Source of the DNA: an uncultured Mycoplasmatota bacterium
GTDB taxonomy: Bacteria; Bacillota_I; Bacilli_A; RF39; UBA660
NCBI GenBank assembly: GCA_948434005.1
Contig: CAOJEH010000001.1
Span: 219,880 to 283,879, forward strand
Reading direction: 5' to 3'
DNA length: 64,000 nt
Both the position numbers and the translations under genes were made by a program. Within the stretch, counting starts at the first letter, position 1. Each line of letters begins with the position of its first letter. This document shows, piece after piece, positions 1 to 9,458 of this stretch. The notes below the pieces were generated by a model. The model saw nothing but the letters and a program-made list of their open reading frames with translations. It was not told the origin of the DNA and searched no databases.

Positions 1-938
1 GGTGCAGTTAAGTTAATAGTAACTATACCAGTTGATGGATCAACATCAGATAAATAACTCTTCTCAATCATTGGATTATCTAAGAAATGACTCGTAATAG
101 AATCAATATCTCTTAATTTATCAACCTCAACAACACTTTCTTTTATACATTTTATATATTCTTTTTTGATTTTATGCTCATGATTTAATATAGCAATCCA
201 TTCCGGCATGTTAACTTTAACCTCAAGTACTGGAAATTCATATAAAGCTTCTTTTAAAATATCATACATATCTTTTTCAGTCATAGCTTCAACACTTATA
301 GGCATAACAGGAACATTATACTCTTCTTTTAGGGAATCAGCTAGTCTTTCAGTCTCAGGTAACGTAGGATGTGAGGAGTTTAATATTACAATAAATGGTT
401 TGCCAATACTTTTTAACTCACTTATGACTCTATTTTCAGCTTCCAAATAGTCACTTCTATCAAATTCTCCAATTGATCCATCAGTTGTTACAACTATACC
501 AATAGTTGAATGTTCTTTAATTACTTTTTCAGTTCCTACTTCTGCAGCTTCAACAAATGGTATTTCTTCATTATACCAAGGTGTTTTTACCATACGGGGT
601 CCATTATCATCCTCTGCGCCTACTGCTTTATCTATAACATAGCCAACACAATCGATTAATCTTATATTACAACTAAAATCATCAATTCCTATTTTAGCAG
701 CATTATTAGGTACAAACTTTGGTTCTGTTGTCATAATAGTTTTACCTGCAGCACTTTGTGGAATTTCATCAAGTGCTCTTTTTCTTTCATATTCATCTTC
801 AATATTTGGTACAACTAGTGTTTCAACCATACGTTTAATAAAAGTAGATTTACCAGTCCTAACAGCACCAACAACACCTAAATATATATCACCACCACTA
901 CGGGCAGCAATATTTTTAATAATTTCAGACTTTTCCAT
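1..938 (-). CDS. spoIVA: Stage IV sporulation protein A, N-terminal ~312 codons; the C-terminus lies beyond the window start
   Basis: Minus-strand translation from the ATG at 936-938 gives MEKSEIIKNIAARSGGDIYLGVVGAVRTGKSTFIKR...TIMTTEPKFVPN...IRLIDCVGY...GPRMV. This is a near-collinear match to B. subtilis SpoIVA and includes the Walker A motif GAVRTGKST. An AGGAGA RBS lies 7 nt upstream. The ORF track missed it because it runs off the window edge. Confidence 0.85.
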   Translation of the reverse strand, partial: MEKSEIIKNIAARSGGDIYLGVVGAVRTGKSTFIKRMVETLVVPNIEDEYERKRALDEIPQSAAGKTIMTTEPKFVPNNAAKIGIDDFSCNIRLIDCVGYVIDKAVGAEDDNGPRMVKTPWYNEEIPFVEAAEVGTEKVIKEHSTIGIVVTTDGSIGEFDRSDYLEAENRVISELKSIGKPFIVILNSSHPTLPETERLADSLKEEYNVPVMPISVEAMTEKDMYDILKEALYEFPVLEVKVNMPEWIAILNHEHKIKKEYIKCIKESVVEVDKLRDIDSITSHFLDNPMIEKSYLSDVDPSTGIVTINLTA

Positions 939-1013
939 ATACATTCTCCTTTATTCATTTAAACTTATGACTAAAATAAAGGATATATGCAAGAAAAAAG
1001 AACTATTTAGTCC

Positions 1014-1256
1014 TTAAAACATTTTATCTATATCTTTAGGAACATTATCCTTGATAATAGCATTTACAATTTTATCTTCTCTTTCTTTGCTAACTTCTTT
1101 TCCTGTAATTGAAGATATTTCCTGTACCATATCTCTAAGTACAGCCTCATCCTTCATATTATTAGAATTTTGTAACTTTTTAGCAAGCGACATAATAGTA
1201 TTTTTATCTACATTAGTTTTCTTTTCCACCCTTTTAAAAAAACTATCTCCAAACAT
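1014..1256 (-). CDS. Small sporulation-associated protein, SpoVIF (YjcC)-like, 80 aa
   Basis: 80-aa ORF MFGDSFFKRVEKKTNVDKNTIMSLAKKLQNSNNMKDEAVLRDMV...EREDKIVNAI. Its size, charge pattern and the FFK..EKKT...NLA..LQN...DE motif recall the SpoVIF family. It sits next to spoIVA. Confidence 0.4.
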   Translation of the reverse strand: MFGDSFFKRVEKKTNVDKNTIMSLAKKLQNSNNMKDEAVLRDMVQEISSITGKEVSKEREDKIVNAIIKDNVPKDIDKMF

Positions 1257-1343
1257 AAATTTCCTCCTACATAATTATATGTATAAAATTAAAAAGTGTT
1301 ATTAAAATAAGGTATATAAAAAAAAGGAGATTTTCTCCTTAAA

Positions 1344-2717
1344 TTATTTTTTCTTTGACTGTAGAGGTGTTTCGCTGTTTTCTTTAAACATATCATTAAG
1401 TTCAGTATTATAACAAATATTGCCCTTTACATAATTTCTTAGTAAAGAGGAATATATTCCTGATTCCTTAGGTAAACTATGCTCTTTCATATAATTTAAT
1501 GTATCTAATTTTTGTTGCCTAGTAACTTCAACTTCTACACCATTAACAATATAAATAACTTTATTATTTAATGCTTGTGTATCATTAACAGGTATTTTAT
1601 TACGGTTCACACATTTATTAATGAATTTATAGACATATCTAGATACAACAATTCCATAGTTTTTAGCTTTTTTAATATTTTCCTCAAAACTAGAAATATC
1701 AGAATTAGTTTCTAGCAATAAATCAAAATATTCATAATTTCTTATATCACCATTAGGAGTTTCAATACCGTTTTCAATATGTTTAATTGTCTTTTTTAGA
1801 CCATTTATATATTTAGCGAATCTAGCACTTCGTTTTTTGTCTAGTCCTTCTTCAATTTCTTTATATTTCTCAGGATTTTCTTCTTTTATTATATATAATA
1901 AAAATTTAAATCTATCTTCTGTAATGCTTTCTTCATATTTATACATTTCTTTATAAGACAAGTAACTACTATCTAAATAGTAATTAACTAATTGAATTGC
2001 ATAGGGATAAAGCGTTTTATTATCAACTTTTCTAATATTTCCTTGTGCATCTTCACCTTGATTATTATATCCATCAACATCTAAACCAGTTGGACTATAA
2101 AATGTTCCAGTTTCTCTGTGAATTCCCTCTCTAGAGAAATTAGTATCTTTATGATAACCTTCTTCATCATAAAAATCAATGTCATAACCATCCGTATCAA
2201 ATTTAGTTTTTGTAATTAAATTTATTCCTTCTTCATTAAAGTTTCTTCTATTAATACCATCTGCATTAAAACCTTTTTCATTATAACCTTCAGCGTCGTA
2301 TCCTTCTTTATTAAAAAGAGTTCCAGTTTCTTTATGGATTCTCTTGCCTCTTACCCTAAAGCCTCTTTCATCATATCCCTCACAATCAACACCCTTTTCA
2401 TTATATTTTGTTTTGGTATACTTATGAATACCATTTCTATCAAATTTATGTATATTATAACCCTCAGCATCGAATCTATCCTGATCGTAACCACGTTCAT
2501 CAAATTTTGTTTTAGTTATTTTATGGATTCCTGCTATATTAAAGCCGTTAACATCATTACCATCTTTATCTAGTCCGTTTCTATCAAATCCAGCTAAGTT
2601 ACGTCCTTCTCTATTACGATTATATATATCATATCCATATTCATCATATCCCTCTTTATCGTGCTTTTTTCCTGTTTCTATGGAAAAACCTCTTGAATCA
2701 AAACCCTCTCTGATCAT
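1344..2717 (-). CDS. Hypothetical cytoplasmic repeat protein (457 aa). The N-terminal half is built from degenerate short (E/D)GYD / GFN / GIH-x-xT-KT-K-F/Y repeats.
   Basis: Long ORF with no signal peptide. Residues ~10-250 contain about 5 copies of a higher-order ~45-aa unit (GIHKITKTKFDERGYD, GIHKYTKTKYNEKGVD, RIHKETGTLFNKEGYD, GINLITKTKFDTDGYD, GIHRETGTFYSPTGLD). The C-terminal half is not repetitive. Confidence 0.5.
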   Translation of the reverse strand: MIREGFDSRGFSIETGKKHDKEGYDEYGYDIYNRNREGRNLAGFDRNGLDKDGNDVNGFNIAGIHKITKTKFDERGYDQDRFDAEGYNIHKFDRNGIHKYTKTKYNEKGVDCEGYDERGFRVRGKRIHKETGTLFNKEGYDAEGYNEKGFNADGINRRNFNEEGINLITKTKFDTDGYDIDFYDEEGYHKDTNFSREGIHRETGTFYSPTGLDVDGYNNQGEDAQGNIRKVDNKTLYPYAIQLVNYYLDSSYLSYKEMYKYEESITEDRFKFLLYIIKEENPEKYKEIEEGLDKKRSARFAKYINGLKKTIKHIENGIETPNGDIRNYEYFDLLLETNSDISSFEENIKKAKNYGIVVSRYVYKFINKCVNRNKIPVNDTQALNNKVIYIVNGVEVEVTRQQKLDTLNYMKEHSLPKESGIYSSLLRNYVKGNICYNTELNDMFKENSETPLQSKKK

Positions 2718-2823
2718 AATTTCCTCCTTTAATTTAAGTATAAACTATAAAATAAAAAATGTAAAAATTATATTATAACAGTTATATATATTTACTTAAA
2801 TTTACATAAATAAAAAAATAACT

Positions 2824-3012
2824 TTAATATTCTTTTCTTTCCATTTTCTCTAATTTTTTTTGATACTTTTCACGTTTTTTTGCAATCTCTTGGCATTGTT
2901 TAGAAAATGTTTCTAATGAGATAACTTTTTTATCATAACGATCTTGTAATATTTCTAAAGCTTTATCCAAACTATCTAATTCAGTCTTTGGGTCTATTGG
3001 TTTAAAAAACAT
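2824..3012 (-). CDS. Small SHOCT-like protein (~62 aa from MFFKPIDP...)
   Basis: The ORF track gives 84 aa, but the likely start is the internal Met (MFFKPIDPKTELDSLDKALEILQDRYDKKVISLETFSKQCQEIAKK...). The charged helical pattern resembles the short C-terminal oligomerisation (SHOCT) domain. It abuts the stop of der. Confidence 0.3.
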   Translation of the reverse strand: MFFKPIDPKTELDSLDKALEILQDRYDKKVISLETFSKQCQEIAKKREKYQKKLEKMERKEY

Positions 3013-3013
3013 A

Positions 3014-4321
3014 TTAATCACCACTCCTGTTCTTAAATTGTAACACAATAGGAGTTCCCTGTAAATCAAAGTTCTCACGTAGTTTGTTTTCTAAATATCT
3101 TTCGTATGAGAAATGAATTAGTCCCTTACTATTAACTCTTAATGTAAATTTAGGAGGTTTTATTCCAGTTTGACTAGAAAAGTATATTTTTAGACGTTTA
3201 CCTTTATATGAAGGAGGTTTATTAAGACTATATGCATCTAATATAACATCATTTAAAATACTAGTTTTAATCTCTCTTTTAATATTTTCTGCTACCTTAA
3301 TAACTTCTGGCATTAAAGTATGAATTCTTTTTTTAGTAAGAGCAGATAAGAACACAATAGGAGCGTATGTAGCAAATTGGAACTCTGCTTTCATAAGTTT
3401 AGTAAATTCCGCTATAGAAGTATCACTTATCATATCCCATTTATTAACTACAAATATTAATCCTTTACCACGCTCAATTGCATATCCAGCAATATGTTTA
3501 TCATGTTCAGTAATACCCTCTTCTGCATTTATAACAACTAGGCATATGTCACTCGTATCAATTGATCTCATAGAACGAAGTAGGCTATATTTTTCTATTG
3601 TTTCAAATACACGACCCTTTTTTCTCATGCCAGCAGTATCTATTAATATATATTCTTCTCCGTGATATTTAAATACAGAGTTTATTGAATCTCTTGTAGT
3701 CCCTGCAATATCTGAAACAACAGAACGTTCTTCATTAAGTAAGGCATTAGTTAGAGAACTTTTTCCTACATTAGGTCTACCAATAATAGAGAATTTTAAT
3801 CTTTCATCAGATTGTTCTTCTTCATTATCTTTAAAATCCATTATAATTGTATCCATAAGTTCACTATATCCAGTATTATGAATACTACTAATAGGAATAT
3901 ATGTATCAAAACCAAGTTCATAAAAGTCATACATATTATCTTTTGCAGACTTAACATCTATTTTATTAATTGCAACAATTACACGTTTTTTACTTTTTCT
4001 TAATATATCTCTTACAACTAAATCATTATGGGTAATCCCTTCTTTGCCATCTACCATAAATAATACAACATCTGCTTCTTCTATTGCAATTTCTGCTTGT
4101 ATTTTTATTTCTTCATTAAAGGTTTCTTTTTCTACATCAATACCACCTGTATCAATTAGAAAAAACTTTTTATTATTATAAGTTACTTCTTCATATAATC
4201 TATCTCTAGTAACACCAGGTGTATCTTCGACAATAGCTAGCTTTTTACCTACAACTTTATTAAAAAAAGTACTTTTACCAACATTGGGTCTACCTACTAT
4301 TGCAACAACTTCTGTAGCCAT
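3014..4321 (-). CDS. der: Ribosome-associated GTPase Der/EngA (tandem GTPase domains + KH-like C-terminus)
   Basis: Two G-domains: GRPNVGKST...DTGG and GRPNVGKSS...DTAG with NKxD motifs (NKID, NKWD). Length is 435 aa. Confidence 0.9.
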   Translation of the reverse strand: MATEVVAIVGRPNVGKSTFFNKVVGKKLAIVEDTPGVTRDRLYEEVTYNNKKFFLIDTGGIDVEKETFNEEIKIQAEIAIEEADVVLFMVDGKEGITHNDLVVRDILRKSKKRVIVAINKIDVKSAKDNMYDFYELGFDTYIPISSIHNTGYSELMDTIIMDFKDNEEEQSDERLKFSIIGRPNVGKSSLTNALLNEERSVVSDIAGTTRDSINSVFKYHGEEYILIDTAGMRKKGRVFETIEKYSLLRSMRSIDTSDICLVVINAEEGITEHDKHIAGYAIERGKGLIFVVNKWDMISDTSIAEFTKLMKAEFQFATYAPIVFLSALTKKRIHTLMPEVIKVAENIKREIKTSILNDVILDAYSLNKPPSYKGKRLKIYFSSQTGIKPPKFTLRVNSKGLIHFSYERYLENKLRENFDLQGTPIVLQFKNRSGD

Positions 4322-4446
4322 AATATCCCCTCCAAACTAGGCCTATTATAGCATATTGCCTAGTTTTTGTAAACGATAACTAAATAATTAAAAATTAATA
4401 TAATTTACATATTAGATATGTTATAATATATAATAGGAGTGATAAT

Positions 4447-5112
4447 ATGGAAGATAAGAAAAAAGAGATATATTGGTATAATAATCCTAACTTTATTACA
4501 ACTCTAGCAATTTCAACTATAGTATTGATTATAGTTTTATCTCAATCATATGCAGTAAAAAATAATATAGGAACAAATGGAATTTTAAGAAGTTTATTAA
4601 ATCATAATAGTATATATTTGTTAGGATTGATATATTTCATACCATTAAAGACATTATCAGGAAAAAAATATTTTAATCATTTAAATATATTTCTAATTGT
4701 AATATATGGAATCTTTTCGGTAACAGGTGTACTTACAATAATTCAATCATTTGGTATAACTTCATTAGTAGGTTTATCTATAAATCTAATATTACTTATA
4801 TATATGATACATACGTTATTAATAGATACTAAAGTATGGAAAGATTTCAAGCTAGAAAAATCACCACTAAATGAAATAAAAAATGATAATTATTACTATA
4901 CAATAATCATATTATCTATAATTTTATTAACAGTTAACTTAATTCAAACTACAAGTGTTGCTGGAGCTGTTGTATCATCATTAGGTTGTGTTTATACATG
5001 TATTTTAAGTAGATATATTTATTTATATAGAGTTCATATAAATAATAAGTCTATAAAAAAAGAATCTAATAGTAAAAAAAATAAAGCTAATAAAAAGCAG
5101 GAGGAAAAATAG
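4447..5112 (+). CDS. Hypothetical polytopic membrane protein (221 aa)
   Basis: Multiple hydrophobic segments and a K/E-rich C-terminal tail. Confidence 0.45.
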   Translation: MEDKKKEIYWYNNPNFITTLAISTIVLIIVLSQSYAVKNNIGTNGILRSLLNHNSIYLLGLIYFIPLKTLSGKKYFNHLNIFLIVIYGIFSVTGVLTIIQSFGITSLVGLSINLILLIYMIHTLLIDTKVWKDFKLEKSPLNEIKNDNYYYTIIILSIILLTVNLIQTTSVAGAVVSSLGCVYTCILSRYIYLYRVHINNKSIKKESNSKKNKANKKQEEK

Positions 5113-5113
5113 T

Positions 5114-5455
5114 ATGAATATGTTTGATGAAATTGATAAAGTAAAGAAAAAACTTCCTACTTTAAAGACAGTTACTAATGAGATGACATCACATAGTTTA
5201 AACAATTACCAGATGATTGCAGTCGTAACATTTGGTATAGCTTTTTGTGTAGGGATAATATTTGGTAATCTGTTTCCATCATGTGGTACTACTTCCAGTA
5301 TTTATTCTTCAGGATGTGATACTACTGAATTTAACTTCTCGTTAACTTTATCTATTTGGTTTATATCATTTTTAGTTTGTGTTTTATTCTATGGGTTAGG
5401 CCACATTATTGCGCTTTTAGAATCAATTAATAAGAATCTTACTAAAAATAAGTAA
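5114..5455 (+). CDS. Hypothetical membrane protein (113 aa)
   Basis: Two hydrophobic segments. It starts 2 nt after the previous stop, which suggests translational coupling. Confidence 0.4.
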   Translation: MNMFDEIDKVKKKLPTLKTVTNEMTSHSLNNYQMIAVVTFGIAFCVGIIFGNLFPSCGTTSSIYSSGCDTTEFNFSLTLSIWFISFLVCVLFYGLGHIIALLESINKNLTKNK

Positions 5456-5565
5456 AAAATGGGTGTTTTTACATATTTTTTGAGTATTTTTATTGCACTT
5501 TAAATCAATTTATGTTAAATTACAATATGTAAGCATACAATGCTTAAATACAAGGGAGGTATATT

Positions 5566-5838
5566 ATGAAAAAAGTAGAATTAGTAGAAGCAATTGCTGA
5601 AAAAGCTGGATTAACTAAATCTGACGCTACTAAAGCACTTGATGCTACATTAGCTACAATTACAGAAACTTTAGCAAAGGGAGATAAGATTCCTCTAGTT
5701 GGATTCGGAACATTTGCTGTTTCAAAAAGATCTGCACGTGAAGGACGTAACCCTAGAACAGGAGCTACAGTAACTATTCCTGCTAGAAATGCTGTTACAT
5801 TCAAGGCTGGATCTGCATTAAAAGATGCTGTAAACTAG
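5566..5838 (+). CDS. hup: DNA-binding protein HU
   Basis: 90 aa: MKKVELVEAIAEKAGLTKSDATKALDA...GFGTFAVSKRSAREGRNPRTG...F.AG. This is the classic HU/IHF fold signature. The hbs-spoIVA neighbourhood matches B. subtilis. Confidence 0.9.
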   Translation: MKKVELVEAIAEKAGLTKSDATKALDATLATITETLAKGDKIPLVGFGTFAVSKRSAREGRNPRTGATVTIPARNAVTFKAGSALKDAVN

Positions 5839-5846
5839 TATAATAT

Positions 5847-5869
5847 AAAAACACCTTTTGGTGTTTTTT
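5847..5869 (+). terminator. Rho-independent terminator after hup
   Basis: aaaacacc-tttt-ggtgtttttt: an 8-bp perfect stem followed by a T-run. Confidence 0.55.
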
Positions 5870-5886
5870 AATTGGAGGGGACTAAT

Positions 5887-6609
5887 ATGAAACTTACTAT
5901 CGCAACCTTTAATATTCAAAATAAATATAAAGTAAAAAGATATTCCGGAGTAGATTCATATGGTGATCATACAAAAGAACTAGTTGATTTTATAAGTAGT
6001 AATAATATAGATATAATAGGCCTTCAAGAATTAACTAGTAACTATAAACAAAGGTTATTAAAAAAGATATGTAATAAATATAAAGTAGTTGGAAAATATA
6101 GATTTACAAGAATTGGTAATATAATACCTTATATAAAAAAATATAATGAATCTAATAGTATTATTACAAATAAGAAAATTATTAAGAGTAAAACAATTCA
6201 TATACCATTTTTTGGAGGAATACCACGAATACTAACCATTGCGTACATATTAGTAGACAATTATAAAGTAAGAGTAATTAATACTCATCTAGAAAATAGA
6301 TCACAAAAATCTAGAGATAGACAACTAAAATATATAGAAAAGATTATTAAAAAAGAAGATATCTATACTATCTTAATGGGAGACTTTAATACTATAACTA
6401 ATAATAATAGTTTTGATATGTTTATAACTAAATTAAATGATTTAGGATATAAAAGAGTAGAGATGAATAAACCTACTCACAGAATAAAGCACCTTCCAAT
6501 AGATCACATTTTTATTCCTAATGGTTGGGAGGTAGTAAATATTAAAAATCCTAATATAAATAGTAAAATGAGTGACCATAAACCAATTATAGTAGAGGTT
6601 ATTATATAA
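5887..6609 (+). CDS. Endonuclease/exonuclease/phosphatase (EEP) family protein
   Basis: Has LTIATFNIQ at the N-terminus and SDHKPIIVEVI at the C-terminus, the EEP catalytic His/Asp signature. The start was chosen at MKLTIATF, which has a GGAGGGG RBS. Confidence 0.65.
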   Translation: MKLTIATFNIQNKYKVKRYSGVDSYGDHTKELVDFISSNNIDIIGLQELTSNYKQRLLKKICNKYKVVGKYRFTRIGNIIPYIKKYNESNSIITNKKIIKSKTIHIPFFGGIPRILTIAYILVDNYKVRVINTHLENRSQKSRDRQLKYIEKIIKKEDIYTILMGDFNTITNNNSFDMFITKLNDLGYKRVEMNKPTHRIKHLPIDHIFIPNGWEVVNIKNPNINSKMSDHKPIIVEVII

Positions 6610-6649
6610 AAATAACATAATTAGTGATATAATATATATGGGTGGTATA

Positions 6650-7747
6650 ATGTTAGAAAATGCCAAAAAAGTATTAGAAATGATTACTGAAAAAGGCTAT
6701 AAAGCTTATATAGTAGGGGGCTTTGTAAGAGATTATTTATTAGGTATTAAGACTAATGATATAGATATTACAACTAATGCAACACCTAAAGAACTACAAG
6801 AAATATTTGATGATGCTTGTATGCCTTCAACAGATTATGGAGCAGTCATTATTAATAATTATGGGACCAGATATGAAATAACTACATTTAGAAAAGAAAT
6901 AAATTATATAAATAATAGAAAACCAGAAAAGATAGAATATATAGATGATTTATATAAAGATTTAACTAGAAGAGATTTTACTATAAATACAATATGTATG
7001 GATAAAAATTTAGAGGTATTAGATTTTTTAAAGGGAAAAGATGATCTTAAACATAGGATCATCAAAACAGTAGGTAGTGCTAAAGAAAGATTTGAAGAAG
7101 ATAGTTTACGAATACTTAGAGCTATACGTTTTGCAAGTATACTTAATTTTAATTTAGATAAAGAAGTAGAAGATGCTATTATAGAAAAAAAACATTTGCT
7201 AAAGTCTATATCTTATAATAGAAAAAAAGAAGAATTAGATAAAATGTTTTCTAATATTAATGCCAAAAAGTCAGTAGAATTACTATTAAAATTTGGTTTA
7301 GATAAAGAGTTAGAATTGGAAAGACTAAAAGATATAAATAACACTGAATCATTAATATGTGTATGGAGTGTACTTAATGTTACAGATATTTATCCATTTA
7401 CCAATACTGAAAAAGAAATGATTTCCGATATAAATAAAGCTTTACAAATAGATAATTATGATGCTATATCATTATACAAATATGGATTATATGTAAATCA
7501 ACAAGCAGGAGCTATAAAAGGCCTAGATAAAAAGAAAATAACTAAACTTTATAACAAATTAAAGATTCATTCAAAGAAAGATTTAAAAATAACGAGTGAT
7601 GAAATTATTAAATTAATTAATAAAACGCCAGGTGAATATATAAAAGAAGTGTATAAAGATTTAGAAAAGGAAGTTTTATATAATAGACTAAGAAATACTA
7701 CTAAGTATTTAAGACGTTATATATTAAAAAATATCGATAAGTATTAG
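6650..7747 (+). CDS. cca: CCA-adding tRNA nucleotidyltransferase
   Basis: GGFVRDYLLGIKTNDIDITT (the polymerase-beta-type motif GGxVRD...DxD) and RDFTINT. The start was moved to MLENAKK (GGGTGG RBS). Confidence 0.8.
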   Translation: MLENAKKVLEMITEKGYKAYIVGGFVRDYLLGIKTNDIDITTNATPKELQEIFDDACMPSTDYGAVIINNYGTRYEITTFRKEINYINNRKPEKIEYIDDLYKDLTRRDFTINTICMDKNLEVLDFLKGKDDLKHRIIKTVGSAKERFEEDSLRILRAIRFASILNFNLDKEVEDAIIEKKHLLKSISYNRKKEELDKMFSNINAKKSVELLLKFGLDKELELERLKDINNTESLICVWSVLNVTDIYPFTNTEKEMISDINKALQIDNYDAISLYKYGLYVNQQAGAIKGLDKKKITKLYNKLKIHSKKDLKITSDEIIKLINKTPGEYIKEVYKDLEKEVLYNRLRNTTKYLRRYILKNIDKY

Positions 7748-7806
7748 ATTCCTAATACTTTTAATTTATTACAATATGTGATAATATACAAACGAAGGGT
7801 GATAGT

Positions 7807-8475
7807 ATGAAAAGTTCTAAAGTAATAGATATTTTAAAAGATGGAAATGTTGTAGTACCCATATATCTTTTAAAAAATTATAAGAAGTTAAAAATAGAAT
7901 TAAATGAATTTATATTCCTTATGTATTTATATAATAATGATAATAATATGATATTTGATCCCTCTAAATTTTCTAATGATTTAGGTATAACTTTAGAAGA
8001 AGCTATGAAAACTGTTTCTAACTTGAGTGATAAAAACTATTTAAAAGTTGAAGTAGTAAAAAATGATAAAGGTATAATGGAAGAAATAATTAATTTAGAA
8101 GATTTTTATAGTAAATTATCATTACTTTTAGTAGAAGATATTAATACAAGTGATAGTAGTAAATCTAATATATTTGAGACAATAGAAAAGGAATTTGGAA
8201 GAACATTAAGCCCTATAGAATATGAAATTATAAAGGCGTGGTTAGATAGTAATATAAGTGAAGAGTTAATAAATGAGGCATTAAAAGAAGCTACATTTAA
8301 TGGGGTATCTAACTTAAGATATATAGATAAAATATTATATGAATGGGGTAAAAAGGGTATAAATACAAAAGAAGATGTAGAAAAGAATAAGCAAAAAAGA
8401 AATAGTAGTAGAGAAAAGAAAGAAGAAGTTGATTTAGAGATAATGGATTGGAATTGGTTTGAAGATGAAGATTGA
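7807..8475 (+). CDS. dnaD: Replication initiation/membrane attachment protein DnaD
   Basis: DnaD/DnaB C-terminal domain pattern (LSPIEYEIIKAWLDS...SEELINEALKEA). Lies immediately upstream of nth, as in B. subtilis. Confidence 0.65.
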   Translation: MKSSKVIDILKDGNVVVPIYLLKNYKKLKIELNEFIFLMYLYNNDNNMIFDPSKFSNDLGITLEEAMKTVSNLSDKNYLKVEVVKNDKGIMEEIINLEDFYSKLSLLLVEDINTSDSSKSNIFETIEKEFGRTLSPIEYEIIKAWLDSNISEELINEALKEATFNGVSNLRYIDKILYEWGKKGINTKEDVEKNKQKRNSSREKKEEVDLEIMDWNWFEDED

Positions 8476-9088
8476 TTTAATTTGTAATTATTTAGATGAA
8501 TTATTTCCAAATCCTAAATGCGAATTGAACTTCTCTACTGATTATGAATTATTAATTGCAGTTGTATTAAGTGCGCAATCAACAGATAAAAGAGTAAATG
8601 AATGTACTAAAACATTGTATAAGATTTATAATACCATAGATAAGTTAAAAGATGCAGATATAAAAGATTTAGAAACTATTATAAGACCTGTTGGCTCTTT
8701 TCGTAAAAAGAGCGAATATATTAAAAAAATTGCCACTATTATAGTTGATGAATATAATGGAGTTGTTCCAACAGATAGAGAAATATTGGAGTCATTCCCT
8801 GGTGTTGGAAGAAAAACTACTAATGTATTTTTAAGTGAATACTATAATATTCCAGCTATCGCAGTAGATACTCATGTAGAAAGAATTAGTAAAAGGTTGA
8901 AATTATCTAAAAAAAGTGATAATGTAGTAGCAATCGAAAAAAAACTTATGAAATTATACAAGAAGGAAGAGTGGGCAAGAAGACACCTCCAAATGGTTTT
9001 ATTTGGAAGATATAAATGTAAAGCTATAAAACCCGATTGTATAGATTGTAAGTTGAAAGATATTTGCATAGAAAGGAAAAATAAGTAA
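8459..9088 (+). CDS. nth: Endonuclease III
   Basis: Has the HhH-GPD signature (LPGVGRKTTNV...D.H) and a C-terminal 4Fe-4S cluster loop C-x6-C-x2-C-x5-C (CKAIKPDCIDCKLKDIC). Confidence 0.85.
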   Translation: MKMKIDLICNYLDELFPNPKCELNFSTDYELLIAVVLSAQSTDKRVNECTKTLYKIYNTIDKLKDADIKDLETIIRPVGSFRKKSEYIKKIATIIVDEYNGVVPTDREILESFPGVGRKTTNVFLSEYYNIPAIAVDTHVERISKRLKLSKKSDNVVAIEKKLMKLYKKEEWARRHLQMVLFGRYKCKAIKPDCIDCKLKDICIERKNK

Positions 9089-9098
9089 GGGTTTTAAT

Positions 9099-9320
9099 AT
9101 GATAAATAATAAGAGTGTTTATAATTTAAATACAAGAGTGCATAGACCTAATATAATAAATGGTGGTAATAGCACAGGAAATCCAAAAGTAGTAAAGGAT
9201 ACTAAACATATTGAACAAAGAGTTTCTAAGTATAATATACCAGAGATCCCATATTGTGGCCAGGGAGTAGATTATACTGTTTCAAAAACAAATCAAGTAA
9301 AAAGAATGATTAAAAAGTAA
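9099..9320 (+). CDS. Hypothetical small protein (73 aa)
   Basis: ORF with a plausible RBS occupying the position of ypoC between nth and ponA. No recognisable motif. Confidence 0.3.
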   Translation: MINNKSVYNLNTRVHRPNIINGGNSTGNPKVVKDTKHIEQRVSKYNIPEIPYCGQGVDYTVSKTNQVKRMIKK

Positions 9321-9458
9321 GATGAATTTTATGAACCTTATATAGAAGATATTATTCTTCTATTTTTTTGTCTAATTTTATATTCACTATCCTATAATAA
9401 ATTGTAGCTTGCTAGATAATTGTATTAAAAATAGATTTTTATATAAAGGAGGTATTAT

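Noticed and set aside
208-1305. Plus-strand ORFs 208..450 and 1051..1305
   Set aside because: They lie antisense to the strongly supported spoIVA and SpoVIF-like genes. Their translations are low-complexity and they lack an RBS.
5544-5804. Minus-strand 86-aa ORF overlapping hup
   Set aside because: It is antisense to the HU gene. The ORF is open only because of alanine-rich codon composition, and it has no RBS.
8106-8510. Minus-strand 134-aa ORF inside dnaD
   Set aside because: It is an antisense artefact with a Ser/Leu-rich low-complexity translation.
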